From the NCBI GenBank assembly GCA_951406725.2, contig OX597814.1, forward strand, positions 60,884,001-60,948,000: DNA of 64,000 nt, read 5' to 3'. Both the position numbers and the translations under genes were made by a program. Under the pieces are notes generated by a model that had not been told where the DNA came from, ran no database searches, and was given only the letters and a program-made list of their open reading frames with translations. Numbering within the stretch: the stretch's first letter is position 1; each line of letters starts with the position of its first letter. Below, piece after piece: positions 27,147 through 40,502 of the stretch. This DNA comes from Octopus vulgaris. Taxonomy: Eukaryota.

Positions 27147-27167
27147 CTTAGTGTCGTCTTCCTCCAT
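27147..27167 (-). CDS. Probable first coding exon of an unidentified host gene (MEEDDTK, phase-0 intron follows)
   Basis: Minus strand reads ccgaaATGGAGGAAGACGACACTAAG|gtaagt: purine at -3 and G at +4, perfect AG|GTAAGT donor at 27146-27141, inside a repeat-poor CpG-retaining region. No downstream exon could be identified in the window. Confidence 0.6.
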
Positions 27168-27169
27168 TT

Positions 27170-27800
27170 CGGATTCCCTTCTGCTCTGTTGTACACAGAG
27201 CACGTAAGTAATATGAATATCCCTCTCTTTTCCTTTGACTTAATAATACCCTGCAATAGGATTTCCAGTTAAGTCGACTAGAACTGTTGAAAGCAATAGT
27301 TTCGATTTAGCAGAATAGACTGACAGTTAAGAAAGGATATATATATATATATAAATATATATATATATATGTGGATTTAGAGAGAAAGATAGGAAGGAAT
27401 GTGCAGCTCTGTCAGTCAGTTACAATAATAATAAAGCAACGACCGACACAGGTAGAAATAATACGGTAACAGTGTTGTTATACGTTTAAAAATTAACAAC
27501 CATTATTAACAAAATAAAAGTACGCTTTTTAGTTTTGTATCACTTCACTTCCCTGCAACGCTTAGAAAATATTAAACGTTGTTACTTAAGTTAGTCTTTT
27601 CAATATCGTTGCAACTGAAGAATTAGCTCTTGGTTTCTCAGCATTTTTGTTTTGATTCCGTTTTGTTGCGTTTTTTTTTTTTTTTTTAACTTTTTTAATC
27701 CCTTTTTTTTTCCTTTTACAATTGCTTTTTCACCCTTTTTTTATTATTGTTCTCCCTCTCTTGTAGTTTTTCTCGGGGTTTTTTTTCTTCAGCTTTGTTG
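27170..27800. promoter_or_regulatory. Putative bidirectional promoter / 5' UTR region
   Basis: Lies between two outward-pointing consensus donors; long poly(dT) tracts at 27670-27790; CpGs retained; no SINE/LINE insertions, unlike the flanks. Confidence 0.5.
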
Positions 27801-27943
27801 TTAATTGCTATGTATTCCTCTGTTTACAAGGGAGAGAGAGGCGAAAAACTTGTTGGTTTGGAGTGAGAGACTGAGAGAGTGAAGAGAGAAGAAGTAAGCA
27901 AGGAGAAACTTGCCAAAAAAAAAGTACTCTTCTGAAGACTGAG
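27800..27943 (+). other. Probable non-coding (5' UTR) first exon of a divergent plus-strand gene
   Basis: GA-rich unique sequence ending in GAG|GTAAGT (donor 27944-27949); second donor AG|GTAAGA at 27995. Start position is a guess. Confidence 0.45.
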
Positions 27944-30466
27944 GTAAGTTTAGACGAAGGCGCCTTATTTGTAATCCTCGTCTTTTTCTTATAGGTAAGA
28001 TTGCATTGTTTTAGTTCATCTTATTTTTTATATTTATTATTTTTTTCCCCCTTTAATCGACTCTCTTTAAGTTAGTAAACTCTGTCTTCTACTCCTCTGC
28101 CAGTTATTATAGTCTTCGAACTGCATCCTATCTATGTACGTTTCTCTCTCTCTCATCTGTAACTTAACTTGTGTCCTCTGCGTCAGAACACTGCATTGAG
28201 ATCGATTCCGTCTCAGAGTGAGAGCGGTGTCCAACCGGTGCACAGTTTCTCTTTCCATAATCAGATTTGCTTTTACAGGAGTTCATATTTCATGTACTAC
28301 TGCTTCACTCAACTTGTTGCATCTTCTCTTCACAGCCGTAAACATACTGCTGCACACTGTTATGATATTATACTTCAATCTGCCTTACTTTATCTTCCTC
28401 TCCTCCAAACTTCGATTGTCATTCCAGTTTGTTTTATTGTGTTTTAAGTATCAATGTTTTAGTTCGATACAAAGACCAAGCCAACTCCGCCTTTTATTCT
28501 TCTGGGTTCAGTAAAACTAGTACCAGTCAAATACTCTCGTTATACACAACTATTTACCCTTCCTCCATGTGGCTACATTTGATGGAGTGACAGAAATGTT
28601 AACTCGTGAACCCAAATGTCGAAGTATATTTTGCATCATTCTGTCTATGTTTTGAGTTCAAATCTTGCCGAGGCCGACTCTTTGCCTTTCATGGGTTGAT
28701 AGAATAAATACAAGTCAGGTGATCTTATTTACTGTTCTTAACCCAATCGACGTAATACCTTCCCTACAAATCTTTTCTTATGCATATGTAAGAAATCATT
28801 GTGATTGTATTGCTGTTGAGTTTAATATGTTTTGCTATAACTTCGCCTTTGAGAAAAGTTTGATAGTCACCACTTCTCGTTATTCTAACAGAAAACATTT
28901 TTGGAAAGGATTCCGTAATCTGCTTAGAGCTTGAACTATTGAACAAGTGTTTTGTGTCGTCATCGATATTTTCATAGAATGTCATTCAGTGTATTCCCAT
29001 GATTTCGATTTGAAAAATCATGTGAACATTAACTGGTGACATTAATCTTACCAAATGTTGAGACTTGTTTTGTTAATCAATCTGATAACCTGTCAGGAAT
29101 AATTTTGTCACTTTCGCTGTATGATTTATTTGATAGTTGGCTTGTATTGTGTCAATTTCTTGACATAAATACAGATTTGATTATCACATTTTCATTGCAT
29201 ATACAAACAAAAAAAAAACTTAGGAAAACATACTTCATTATTTGTTATTTTTTACTGTTTTATTTTCTCTTTTAATTTTTTTTCTTTCCGTTCAGCAAAG
29301 TTTTTACTTGTCAATAAGGAAGTAATGACTAGTTTCTCCATCTTCTAAGTGTGTCTTCAACATACCTTGAAGAATACTTCTAAGACTAAATCCAAAATAA
29401 AGTTGTTTATTGCGTTCAATTCTCTTCATTGGCAACGGCTCAAAAAGAAAGAAATGGTTGAATGAGAGGGAAAGATGACTGATATAATGTCTGTGGTGAC
29501 ATATTAAATTGTATCAGTTGAATTGATGAATGTCACTTGACAGATTCTGTAGTCGCTGGTACTGCTAGAAAGAGCAGCTAAATCTCCCACAAATCCTACC
29601 CTAACACCCTCAGAAAGGAAGAGCACGTAGGGTAATATAATTCTTGATGGACTGCTTGAAATAAATGTTGGATGGTCACAACTAGAACTGAACAACAACT
29701 TTGAATTAGAAGTGTTTCTAATTAGGTGTTGACTCGATATCTGTGATAGGTGAGTTTTACAAGTACAAGTGTTGGATATTCCTTAAAGAAAATCTTTAAA
29801 TAAGGCACAATAAGTGTGAGGTTAAGGTTCTGGATTACTAACCTCTTGGTTGTAAGTTCAAAACTTACTTCAGTTAACGTGTTTGTGCTACTTTCTCAGC
29901 AAAGCTTGCTCCAGCTGGCCTGACTGTTGGTAGGTTCTTGGCCTAATGTATTCTAATTCTACTTCATGGTTGTGCAGCTAAAAATAGGAAGGTAGCATTT
30001 AAGACAGAAATATGACCAACTGAGTCTACCTTAGGTTAGTACTTAACAAGTCATTAAGGAAGTGATGGGGGACAAATTCAAATACATAGAAATATATATA
30101 TATACACACACACATATATATAGGACCCCCTTCAGTCATGAATTACCATGGGATTGCACCTAGAAAGTTCTCATCTGAGGAACAAGTCTGGACAAGGTTG
30201 TTTATAGAAGACCAGTTGCTGCCTATGCATACCCGCCTCCCTTCCATGCCACTGATGTTATCCAAATGAAAGGCAAAGGCTCATACAGCTTGGTAACAGT
30301 GATGTTGCATCTCATTTCTGAGTGAACTGGAGTAACGTGAAATAGAGTGTCTTGCTCAAGAACACAACACATAGCCCGGTCCAGGAATCAAATTCACTAT
30401 CTCATGATTGTGAGCTCATTGCTCTAACTACTGAGCCATGCGCCTTCACTATATATATATATATAG

Positions 30467-30498
<32 letters not shown>

Positions 30499-32984
30499 GC
30501 AACAGGCTTCTTTCAGTTTTTATCGACCAGATTTACTCTCAAAGCTATTGTAAAAGACTCTTACCTAGGGTACCATGGAGTGTGACTGAACCCAAAACCA
30601 TATGGCTGGGAAACAAACTTACAACCACACTCAATTATTTTTTCCTTCTAGGCCTCCAAGACTCATAGAAGGAAAGGAGGAAATTAACAAAAGACCTGGC
30701 CAGGATGCTTCCCACAAAGTGAACACTACTAAAGATGTGTAAAGGCTAGGCAGTGATATTGAACTGGGTGACAGAGTAAGTTTACTGAGTAGGCAATGAT
30801 GGGATTTGAACTTAGAACACAAAGACCTAGAGCAATTACTGTAATATATTCCATCTGACATTCTAACAATTCAGCTAGTATACCACCCACAACCATCATC
30901 ATCATCATTTAATGTCTGTTTTCCCTGCTGGCATGGATTGAACAGCTTGACAGGAACTGGCAAGGCCAGGGCCCACACTAGGTTCCATAGTCTGTTTTGC
31001 ATTGGTTTCTACTGATGGATGCCCTTCCTAACACCAACCACTTTACAGAGTGTACTGAGTGCTTTTTATATGGCACCAGCACCCACACCAATGCTCTTTA
31101 CATGGCACGTTGGTTTTTGGATGTCAGTTCTGTTGTGGTGGGCAGGTCTTATTGAGTACATATATATCTCGTTGTTTACTTTTGGATTGCCATTGTAGGA
31201 TATACATGAGAAACTAGATCTGACTGGTTTGAACATGAAACAGATTTGGCCATTTTGGCCAATTTAAGTGCTAAAAGGTTAAATACTGAAGGATACATTG
31301 GATAGTCACAACTGGAATCTCTTTGATCATTGTTCTGCTCAATCGAGGTTGATCTAGAACTAAAATACAATACTTTGTTGATTCTATTCTCTCAGGGGTA
31401 AATGAGAGCCTTAACTGGATTTGATCTCAAAATGTAAAATAATAAAGCCAAATTGCTCTAAGATATTTCATTACTAGAGTACAATACCATATATATATAT
31501 ATATATATTCATCATATCATCATCATCATTACCATAATTTAACAATGGGTTTAACAGGATCCAATGGGCCCAAGGACTGCATAGTACTCCATTTTCTACT
31601 TTAGCATGGTTTCTATGGCTGGATGCCCTTCCTAAAGCCAGCCACTTTACAATATGCACTTGGTGCTTTTTTTTTGTGCAACCAGCACGAATGCAGCTTG
31701 CAAGTTTGTGAACCCCAAAAGAGGTTGCTTTGTGCTAGGAGATGAGGGTTAAAGCATAAAAGAAGAGGCCTGAACATAGGCCTACCAAATTTGTCGAAAG
31801 TAAACACTTTAGGACTTTGACCCTCTTAGCATTCAAACCAATCATATCTGGTCTAAATATTCTACTTGTTTTATGTTCAGACCAGCCAGATGCCACTTCT
31901 CACACCTACCCTGCAAGGTCAAATAAGCAGTCACATCATGAAAATCTCAAAGTTGCAAGATGATGCATGATTAATTCAAAACAATGTGAATAAATAAGCT
32001 TTACATTCGACAGAGTAATCTGAATGCTAAAGAGTTAATGTTTTAACTGATTGAGCTGTTTAAACCTATACATTAAATAGGTATTGTGATGGAAAATCAC
32101 ATTGACAAAATGTCTTCACTCACAGATATGTCAATCCCAGAAAACTGCAACACCTCTGTGAAAATGTTTACTGTTTAATAAATACAAGACCTTGAGACAG
32201 AGGTTTCAAAAATTCGGTGTGTAAGAGTGGTAGTTGTACTTAGGATCATCAGTGCTTTGAGGATATCGAATAGCACTCTTAAACACTGTGGTCAAATACC
32301 AGAAAACCCCAAAAAATTGTTCTCATGGGTACTGCCCATAGCCCCAGAAAAAAATAATCAACCTGAGAATATCTGAATCTTTTAATCTTTTTCAAAATTG
32401 TAAGCACAGGCATGGCTGTGTGGTAAGAAGTTTGCTTCCCAACCACATGGTTCCAGGTTCAATTCCAATATGTCATTCCTTGGGCAAGTGTCTTCTATTA
32501 AAGCTTCAGGCTGACCAAAACCTTGTGAGCGGATTTGGTAGACAGAAACTGAAAGAAGCCCGTCATGTATATACACATATGTGTGTGTGTGAGTTTGTGT
32601 ATGTGTTTGTCCTTCATCACTACTTGACAACTGGTGTTGGTTTGTTTATGTCTCGCATAACTTGACAGTTCAGCAGAAGACACCAATAGAATAAATACCT
32701 GGCTTGAGAGAGAAAAATAAGTCCTGAGATTCATTTGTTCAATCAAAAACCTTCAAGGTGGTGTCCCAGCATGGCTGCAGTTAAATGACTGAAACAAATA
32801 AAAGATAAAAGATTAAAACAAACTTTTAATGAATTGTTAATTCTCAGGTTTTGGCCTCCTTCCTTACAATATTTCATTGCTACTTAGAAATAACACCCTC
32901 AGTAAAACATCCAACTTGCTGACTCTGAGTAAGACTTGACACAGCTGGTATAAAACAAAGCAACAACATCAACGATAATAATAA

Positions 32985-33570
32985 TAGCTTCAACTTTTGA
33001 CACAAGACTAGCAGTTTCAGGGAAGTGGACAAGTCAATTACATCAACACCAGTGCTCAACTGGTTCTTATTTTATGGACTCCAAAAGGATGTGAGACAAA
33101 GTTGACCTTGGAGGACATGTGAACTCAGAACGTGAAGACAGACAGAATGCCACTAAGCAGTTTGCACAACATGCTAACAATTCTGACAACTCACTGCCTT
33201 AATAATAATAATAATAATAATAATCCTTTCTACTGTAGGCACAAGGCCTGAAATTTGAAGGGAAAGTGATAGTCGATTACATCAACCCCAGTGTTTAACT
33301 GGTGCTTATTTTATTGACTCTGAAAAGATGAAAGCCAAAGTCAAACTCAGCAACATTTGAACTCAGAATGTAAAGATAGACAAAATGCCACTAAACATTT
33401 TGCTCAGAGTGCTAATGATTCTGCCAGCTCACCGCCTTAATAATAATAGTAATAATAATAATAATAATAATGCTTTCTGATTTAGACAGAAGGCCAACAA
33501 TTCTGACAGTTTGAACTCTGAACATAAAAATGGAGAAAATGCTGCTGAGCATTTTTGCCAGCTTGCTGCC
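32985..33570 (-). mobile_element. Tandem SINE family B array (two full, one deleted copy)
   Basis: Reverse-complement units ending ctcaccgcctt followed by (AAT)n. Confidence 0.8.
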
Positions 33571-34178
33571 CTAATCAAGGGGTAATATTACCTTGGTTTT
33601 GATGACAGAAAAGTCATCTGGCCATGGTAAAAAAAAATTTGCCTCAATGAACTCCGTCTGACCCAGGTAAGCATGGAGAAGTGTATGCTAAAGTAATGAT
33701 GATTTTATAGCTCAGACTTCCTTCATTTCTAATACTTTCCAGTTGAAGGCAACAGTAAAATGCGTTTATTGATTGATACTTTGATATGTTTATGGCTGTT
33801 TAGTAATGTTAATTTTGGACATTTATAAATCGTTAGAATGAAACAAACTTAACAGTTGATACTCTTTCTAAAATTTCAGCTGGGTAAGTTGATAAGGTGT
33901 TGATGATATTGTTGTTGTCTAACCTCATGTCAATTCTTATCAAGTAGACCTATGATCAAAAGCTTTCTAGCCATGACCATCTTGTTTTCTTTCTTTCTTT
34001 CTTTCTGCTTTTTTGGCTCTGGTGTGAAAAGTTTGCTTTCCAATAACATGGTTCTGGGTTCAATCCCATTACATGGAACTTTGGGCAAGTGTCTTCTACT
34101 ATAGCCATTGGCTGACCAAACCCTTGTGCATAGATTTGATAGATGGAAACTGAAAGAAGCCTGTCTTTTGTGTGTGTT

Positions 34179-34215
<37 letters not shown>

Positions 34216-34419
34216 AGTGGAGGGATATAAATATCCAGGCAGATAACGCGTTACTCTATGTAAAGTGCTAAGGCCGGTTTCTTTTGATGGTCTGTTTTAA
34301 GGTATATTTCCTAAAAACTACCATTCGATATAACAGTATATTTCCTGGCTACTTAGAATGTAAAATCACAATACTGATAATAAGGACTTTCAGACTTTCT
34401 GCTTGGTTTATTCATAATA

Positions 34420-35563
34420 ATTGTCCAACACATGTTTCGATAAATTTATTCAATAAAATTGCCATTGGCTTCAACCATGGCCTCTAAACAACTTCAGAAT
34501 CTCCTGCAACTCTTCTGGATGGCCTCCTTATTTAAGTTAGTGAATGAAGCCATAATCCTTGCCTTCAGGTCATCTTTAGTGTTACAAGGAGTTTCGTTGG
34601 TCTCTTGCTCAACTGCACCTCACACATAATAATCAAGTGGGTTGCAGTCTGGAGAGTTAGGTGGCCAGATGTTAGGAGTGATGTACTTTGCAAAAATTGT
34701 CTGACAGCCATGACTAGGTTCTCCTGCTTGTGTGGCATGGTAAAGAGTCCTGTTACCAGACATAGGGTCTTCCAGCAACTACCCTCTTGACCCGAGCCAC
34801 ACTACCTCCTACAGATACTTGATGGAGGCATAACGTTACCATTACTAGTGAACTCTCCAAACTCCATGATGTTGACTGGATGTTTGATTTTTATCACTCT
34901 CAGTACATGTTTAGAGACACAGCAAGTCAACAGTTGTTCTGTATGTTCACCATTTGATCCTGGCAGACATTTTATTTGTCTGAGAAAAACCAAAGCATGT
35001 TTGTTGGAGGGGATGTTTGAGTTTGTTAAAAAACTTCACAGCACAGTCTTTTCTATTGTCCTGGATGGCTTGAGATAAAAACTGGTACAAGAATGCCAAA
35101 TGTCTTCATGCACTACCAGCCTGATAAACTCAGATACTCCCATGTCTTTGGTGATGGACCTGGTTAACATAGAGGGATCATTGTCAGTCACGGCCTGGAT
35201 ATCACTGACAAATTCAGGAGTTCTTTTCTAACCAGAATGATCAGAGTGGGTTTTCCAAGATGCCATACCTTCATAATCACCATTAGATTCATCCAACTCT
35301 TTCTGAATCCTCTACACTGTCCTCATATTGACACCTAGACACTCTGAAATCTTCATATTGGAGTTTCCGGCATGAATACCAAGCTGCACAGTGCATCATT
35401 TCCAAATTTCTGGCAATGTGAATTGCATCATAGTGGTGTTTTTCTCACAGACAGTGCCTAGCTGACCCTACTATTTTGTGTAGTCAACAAAATTGAAAAC
35501 AAACAATGCACTTGCACGAAATTAAAAATTTTAAATGGTGACAATTTATCCATCACACCATGT
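34420..35563 (-). mobile_element. Second copy of the maT-like transposon
   Basis: Colinear with 5810-6543 and retains ~400 bp missing from that copy; same terminus; isolated terminus also at ~49444-49530. Confidence 0.85.
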
Positions 35564-35759
35564 ATGTGTATGTGTGTCCTATACATCATCAGCATTAACT
35601 TGTATCCAAGTAGTTAATCTGTAGCAGGTGATTAAGCCTCTTCATCTTGATGGGTCCCAGTATCTGAGTGGCTGTTCAGGCCAAAAGCAATATAGAGGAC
35701 CCAGAGGCACTTAGGAGAGGAGACGTATATATATATATATATATATATGTATATACTAT

Positions 35760-36148
35760 AGGCGTAGGAGTGGCTGTGTGGTAAGTAGCTTGCTTATCAA
35801 CCACATGGTTCCGGGTTCATTCCCACTGCATGGCACCTTCGGCAAGTGTCTTCTATTATAGCTTCAGGCCGACCAAAGCCTTGTGATGGAAACTGAAAGA
35901 AGCTCGTCGTATATATGTGTATATATATATATATGAGTGTGTATATGTTTGTGTGTCTGTGTTTGTCCCCCCAACATCTCTTGAAAACCGATGGTGGTGT
36001 GTTTACGTCCCCGTAACTTAGCGGTTTGGTAAAAGAGACCGATAGAATAAGTACTAGGCTTCCAAAGAATAAGTCCTGGGGTCGATTTGCTCGACTAAAG
36101 GCGGTGCTCCAGCAAGGCTGCTGTCAGACTGAAACAAGTAAAAGAGTA
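35760..36148 (+). mobile_element. tRNA-derived SINE family A (CORE-like ccttgggcaagtg, internal TA/TG tract), young copy
   Basis: A box tggctgtgtggt, B box ggttcattccc; tail actgaaacaagtaaaag. Other copies ~22727-23100, 23220-23380, 32404-32810, 34020-34170, 50298-50730, 53157-53465 (+); 9850-10020, 20090-20237, 44095-44250, 46370-46685, 49905-50265 (-). Confidence 0.85.
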
Positions 36149-36246
36149 AATATATATATATATTGGTCTCTCTGTGTGTGTATGTATATGTATGTATGTG
36201 TATATATATACATTGTTGTGTTTTTTTTGTGCTTTCTTGTTTGGAT

Positions 36247-36309
<63 letters not shown>

Positions 36310-36829
36310 GTATGTGTGTGTACATATGTGTTTCACCACCATTTGTCAGTCAGTGTTGGTTGTTTGTTTACATCTCTGTGCATTGGCAGTTCATCACACA
36401 TAGACCAATAGAATAAGTACTTGGTTTTGCAAAAAATATTGTACTGAAGGCAATTTGTTCAACTAAATCCTTCCAGATGATGCCCTAACATGGCCACAAC
36501 CCATTGACTGAGAACCAGTAAAAGATAAGACTACATCGTCCAATGTTACCTTCCTTTTTTTTTTTAAGATGATAAGGTGTGATGTGTAGCCAGCTGCTGT
36601 TTCTAGCATGTCAGGTACTCTTCATTGACTCCTACATTGGCATAGATATTGGACTACTTGCCAAAATGTTGATAACTCATCGTCAGTACTATGTTGTTTA
36701 TGACCAAGACACTTAATTCTTAAATAGTACAATCCACTCAGCTAGAAGTAACCACTGTGATTAGATCAAATTTACTGGTCTAATCAGCAGGACCATTCTG
36801 ATACTTAACAAGTGTTTTAAAATAGTTGC

Positions 36830-37030
36830 TTCAGAAAGAGACAAATGTGAAAAGAGAACTTTCTTGTGTAAAGAACTTGATGAAAGAAATAGTGATATAA
36901 TGACTTCTAAGGAAAGTCTGGTTCCAGTCAGATGTATCAAACACGCTATTTATCTGCATGGTGTGTAGCAGACATTGCACCTTTGGCATTGATATTTTCA
37001 GCCACAATACTATTCCAAAACATTCCAAGA
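36830..37030 (+). mobile_element. RTE (BovB-like) C-terminal zinc-knuckle relic
   Basis: FICMVCSRHCTFGIDIFSHN resembles C..C.R.C..RIGL.SH. Confidence 0.5.
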
Positions 37031-37141
37031 TTAACAGAGTCCAAAAATAATTTTATTAAACTTTCAATGAAAAGTTCAAATCCTTCTCATGTGTTACTGA
37101 GACAGGGTGATGGTCTCAAGCAAGTTGACATCCACCAGATT

Positions 37142-37397
37142 AGCAGTTCCCAAAGTGGGTGGTACTGCCTCTTTGGGGGTGATGGAAAGATCCAGTAAGG
37201 AGCTTAAGAAAAGTAGGTAGGGTGGCCAAAAACAACAAAATAACAGTTAATTAGGTTAAGTTTTATTTGTGAAACAGAGTTGTTTTGAATTTGCTGCAGA
37301 AAGTGATCTATGTTTCTGGTGGTGTGTGAGGTGGGCTCACTAGGAACGTAGCCTGGGTGCCAAGGAGGCAGCAGCCTGAAAAAGTCTGGGAACCTCT
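37142..37397. mobile_element. hAT-like MITE
   Basis: cagttcccaaagtggg ... aagtctgggaacctct ends; a related cagtggttctcaac-type family occurs at ~42598-42830, 49773-49900, 53470-53680, 54140-54370. Confidence 0.55.
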
Positions 37398-37779
37398 TCC
37401 TTAGATCATCATCATTGACATCATCATTTAATGTCCATTTTCCCTGCTGGCATGAGTCGGACAGTTTGACAGGAGTTGTCAAGCCAAAAGACTACACCAA
37501 AACCTACTGTCTGCTTTGGCAAGGTTTTTATGGATGGAGGCTCTTGCTAAAAACATTGAATGTAGATTCATCCTTTAATTTGGAGGTTTCCAAAAAAGAT
37601 TTCTAATGTTGATTCTTCATATTTTGCTGGTAGTTTACAGGTGTAAATTTGGGAAGATATGAAAGTAATACTTGCATATGATGTGTGGTGAATTTATAGA
37701 AAGAAGTCTCATTAAATTGATGAGATTTATGGGACTTCTTTCCATAAATTAACCACACATCATATATATATATATATAC

Positions 37780-38128
37780 ATAAAAGCACCATCCGTTCGT
37801 GTCCATTGCCAGCCTCGCCTGGCCCCCGTGCCGGTGGCACGTAAAAGCACCATCCGTTCGTGTCCGTTGCCAGCCTCGCCTGGCACATAAAAAGCACCAT
37901 CCGTTCGTGGCCGTTTGCCAGCTCTGTCTGGCACCTGTGCGGGTGGCACGTAAAAGCACCCACTACACTCACGGAGTGGTTGGCGTTAGGAAGGGCATCC
38001 AGCCATAGAAACACTGCCAGATCTGACTGGGCCTGATGAAGCCTTCCGGCTTCACAGACCCCACTTGAACCGTCCAACCCATGCTAGCATGGAAAACGGA
38101 CGCTAAATGATGATGATCATCATGATGA
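37780..38128 (+). mobile_element. Young (CpG-rich) copy of (GAT)n-tailed RTE 3'-end repeat with three tandem aaaagcaccatccgttcgtg units
   Basis: Units start near 37781, 37842, 37889; ends ggaaaacggacgctaaatgatgatga. Confidence 0.85.
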
Positions 38129-38564
38129 TATATATATATATATGAGAAAAAGAAGAAAATGGAGAAGTTGACATATAGACATCAGTTTATTCAAAGATAT
38201 TCAAATCAATGTAATATGAAATTCTTATCCCTACAGCCATTTCCATGTCTAATTAATTCAATTAGAGAAATTAAATTAATTTAAAATTTTCATATTGAAA
38301 CTGGTTAATGATATTTCATCAGGGGCGAATTTTCAGAAAGGAGCTACATTCCGTGTTGGTCAACCCTTGACAGACTCGGATGTGTGCGTTTTGGTAATGT
38401 ATGTATTAAAGACACCATTATGAGTATATATACGTATAAACAAATATGTATGATATAGTTGTGTGCATGCATTTGTAATACATAATAGTTGTTACTGGTG
38501 GTGGTGTTGCAGTTAGGGTGAACTAGGTGTTATAGAAAGAGAGAGAGCAGTAACATTCATCATG

Positions 38565-39005
38565 TAATTGTGTGTTTTATATGCCACCAGCACGGGTATC
38601 ACAACTACAGTTTCCATTTGATTTTTATTTTGATGTTGATGTACTTGACTCAATAGGTCTCCTCAAGCACATCGGGTTGCCCTACGATCCAAGGTAAGCA
38701 CAGCAGGCCGTCCTGCGAGCCATGAACTCACTTCGTTTGTTGAATCTTTGCAGTCACAGCATATCTCCAGAGGTCTTGGTCTTTCATCATTGCCTCTGTG
38801 AAGCCCAGCATTTGAAGGTCATGCTTGATCACCTCATCCCATGTCTTCCTGGTTCTACCTCTACCCCAGATTCCTTCAACTGTTTGGGAGTGGCACTTCT
38901 TCACACATCTCTCCTCATCCATCCATAGTATATGACCATACCAATGCAAACGTCTCTCCTGCATGCCACATCCGATGCTTCTTATGTCCAACATTTCTTT
39001 CAGGG
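38565..39005 (-). mobile_element. RTE LINE 3' fragment
   Basis: ORF 38994-38728 ERRLHWYGHILWMDEERCVKKC..VEG..GRGRTRKTWDEVIKHDL. Confidence 0.85.
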
Positions 39006-39529
39006 CGCATATATATATATATATATTATATAAAGATAAATTAAATAGAGAGATACTATTGACAATCCAACAATTTATTTATATTATAATATTACATGAT
39101 ATACTATGAATATAATATATCATAGTATTGTATATAACATAAACAATTATTTAAAAAAACCATAAAAGGCCAACAAATTGTTTTGACTTATGTACACTTT
39201 AAGTTTCCTTATATATAAGTCACTTCAAGGTCATGGTTTAAAGATAGACGAAATTCCATGTGAAAGGACGGCTGGATTGTAAAAATTAATTCAAATGTCT
39301 ATGTATTATGAACATGAGTGTTAACTATTCAATCATACATCAATTACAATTAAAAAGCAACAAAAATACTCTAACAGATTTAATTTATCTTTGTAATTGC
39401 ATTATACCCATATTTTTATTTGGTATTCAACTGATGTACCAATGAATTGGATATTTAACACACCCCTTTGAAGGATCTCTTTTCCTCAGTTTGTTAGTTT
39501 ATATATATATATATATATATATTATATCA

Positions 39530-40082
39530 CCTGGATTGGCCAGGCTTTCTGGTGCTGAGTCGGCTCGGCTGGCCACAGCATTTTCTCCATTCCACTCATG
39601 TTCACACCATGCTCAAAACATTTTTCTTAAATCATCTTTCCACCTGATTGGAGGTCTTCCAACTGGTCTCTTCTACTCATGCATGTACCACTCGACAACT
39701 GCACAGGTCCACCTTACGACATGAGACTTGCCCATCATAGCTTTGTGTGGTGGTATTCTGTGATAGTGTCCTTCACTCCAGTTGTATCCCTAATCTCCTC
39801 ATTCTGGATATGACCGCTTAGCAAGATTCCCAGCATCAACCTTTCCATGGCTCTCTGTGCCATAAGCAGATGTTGTTGTCTCTTCATCAAAGCCCAAGTC
39901 TCACATGTGTATAGCATTGCAGGCAAGACTGTGCTGTTGAAGAGATTGACACAAGTTGCCTTGTCTAGGTTCACCTTCAGCACATCCTTCACCAGGCTGA
40001 ACACTCTCCATCCTGCTCTTACTCTTCATGAGACTTCATTCTTAATCTCTCGCCTCATAGTCACTTCTTGACCAAGATACAC
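39530..40082 (-). mobile_element. RTE LINE 3' fragment (second family)
   Basis: LFNSTVLPAMLYTCETW..QRAMERLMLGI..IQNEEIR, followed by a KRPVGRPPIRW-like segment. Confidence 0.85.
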
Positions 40083-40277
40083 ATACACACCCAAGGCGCT
40101 ACACACTGGGAGTGAACCCAGAACCATGTGGTTGGGAAACAAGCTTGTTACCACACAGCCACACCTGCACCTAATATAAGTATATAAATATCATCATCAT
40201 CATGTGTATGTGTATACATACACAGCGGATTCCGCACAGCTTCCATCTACCATTTTTATTTGCATACCGTTGGTCAG

Positions 40278-40502
40278 TTAACCCCTTTAGTGTTTAAACC
40301 GGCCATATCTGGCTCAGATATTCTACAAGTTTTATATTCAAACTGGCCATATCTAGCCTCTTACACCTAACCTACATTGACATTCTAAAAATAAACAATC
40401 ACATTATTGAAACCTCAAAGCTATAAGATAATGCATGATTAATTCAAAACAATTTGAAAAAGTATTACATTTAACAGAGTAATCTGAACACTAAAGAGTT
40501 AA
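40278..40502. mobile_element. piggyBac-like MITE (TTAA-flanked, ccctttag.../...ctaaag(a/g)g ends)
   Basis: ttaacccctttagtgttta ... tgaacactaaagagttaa; related copies ~31820-32037, 53807-54010, 59290-59399, and 14883-15075 + 15573-15600 (split by a SINE). Confidence 0.7.

Noticed and set aside
37780-37960. Repeated 20-mers with intervening sequence resembling a CRISPR array
   Set aside because: The intervening sequences are themselves repeated, the context is eukaryotic and there are no cas genes; it is a LINE UTR minisatellite.
38030-38060. CTGATGA followed by a hairpin (gaagcc-ttcc-ggcttc), hammerhead-like
   Set aside because: No GAAA box follows, and other copies of this repeat read ctggtgcagcc, so the match is a chance mutation.
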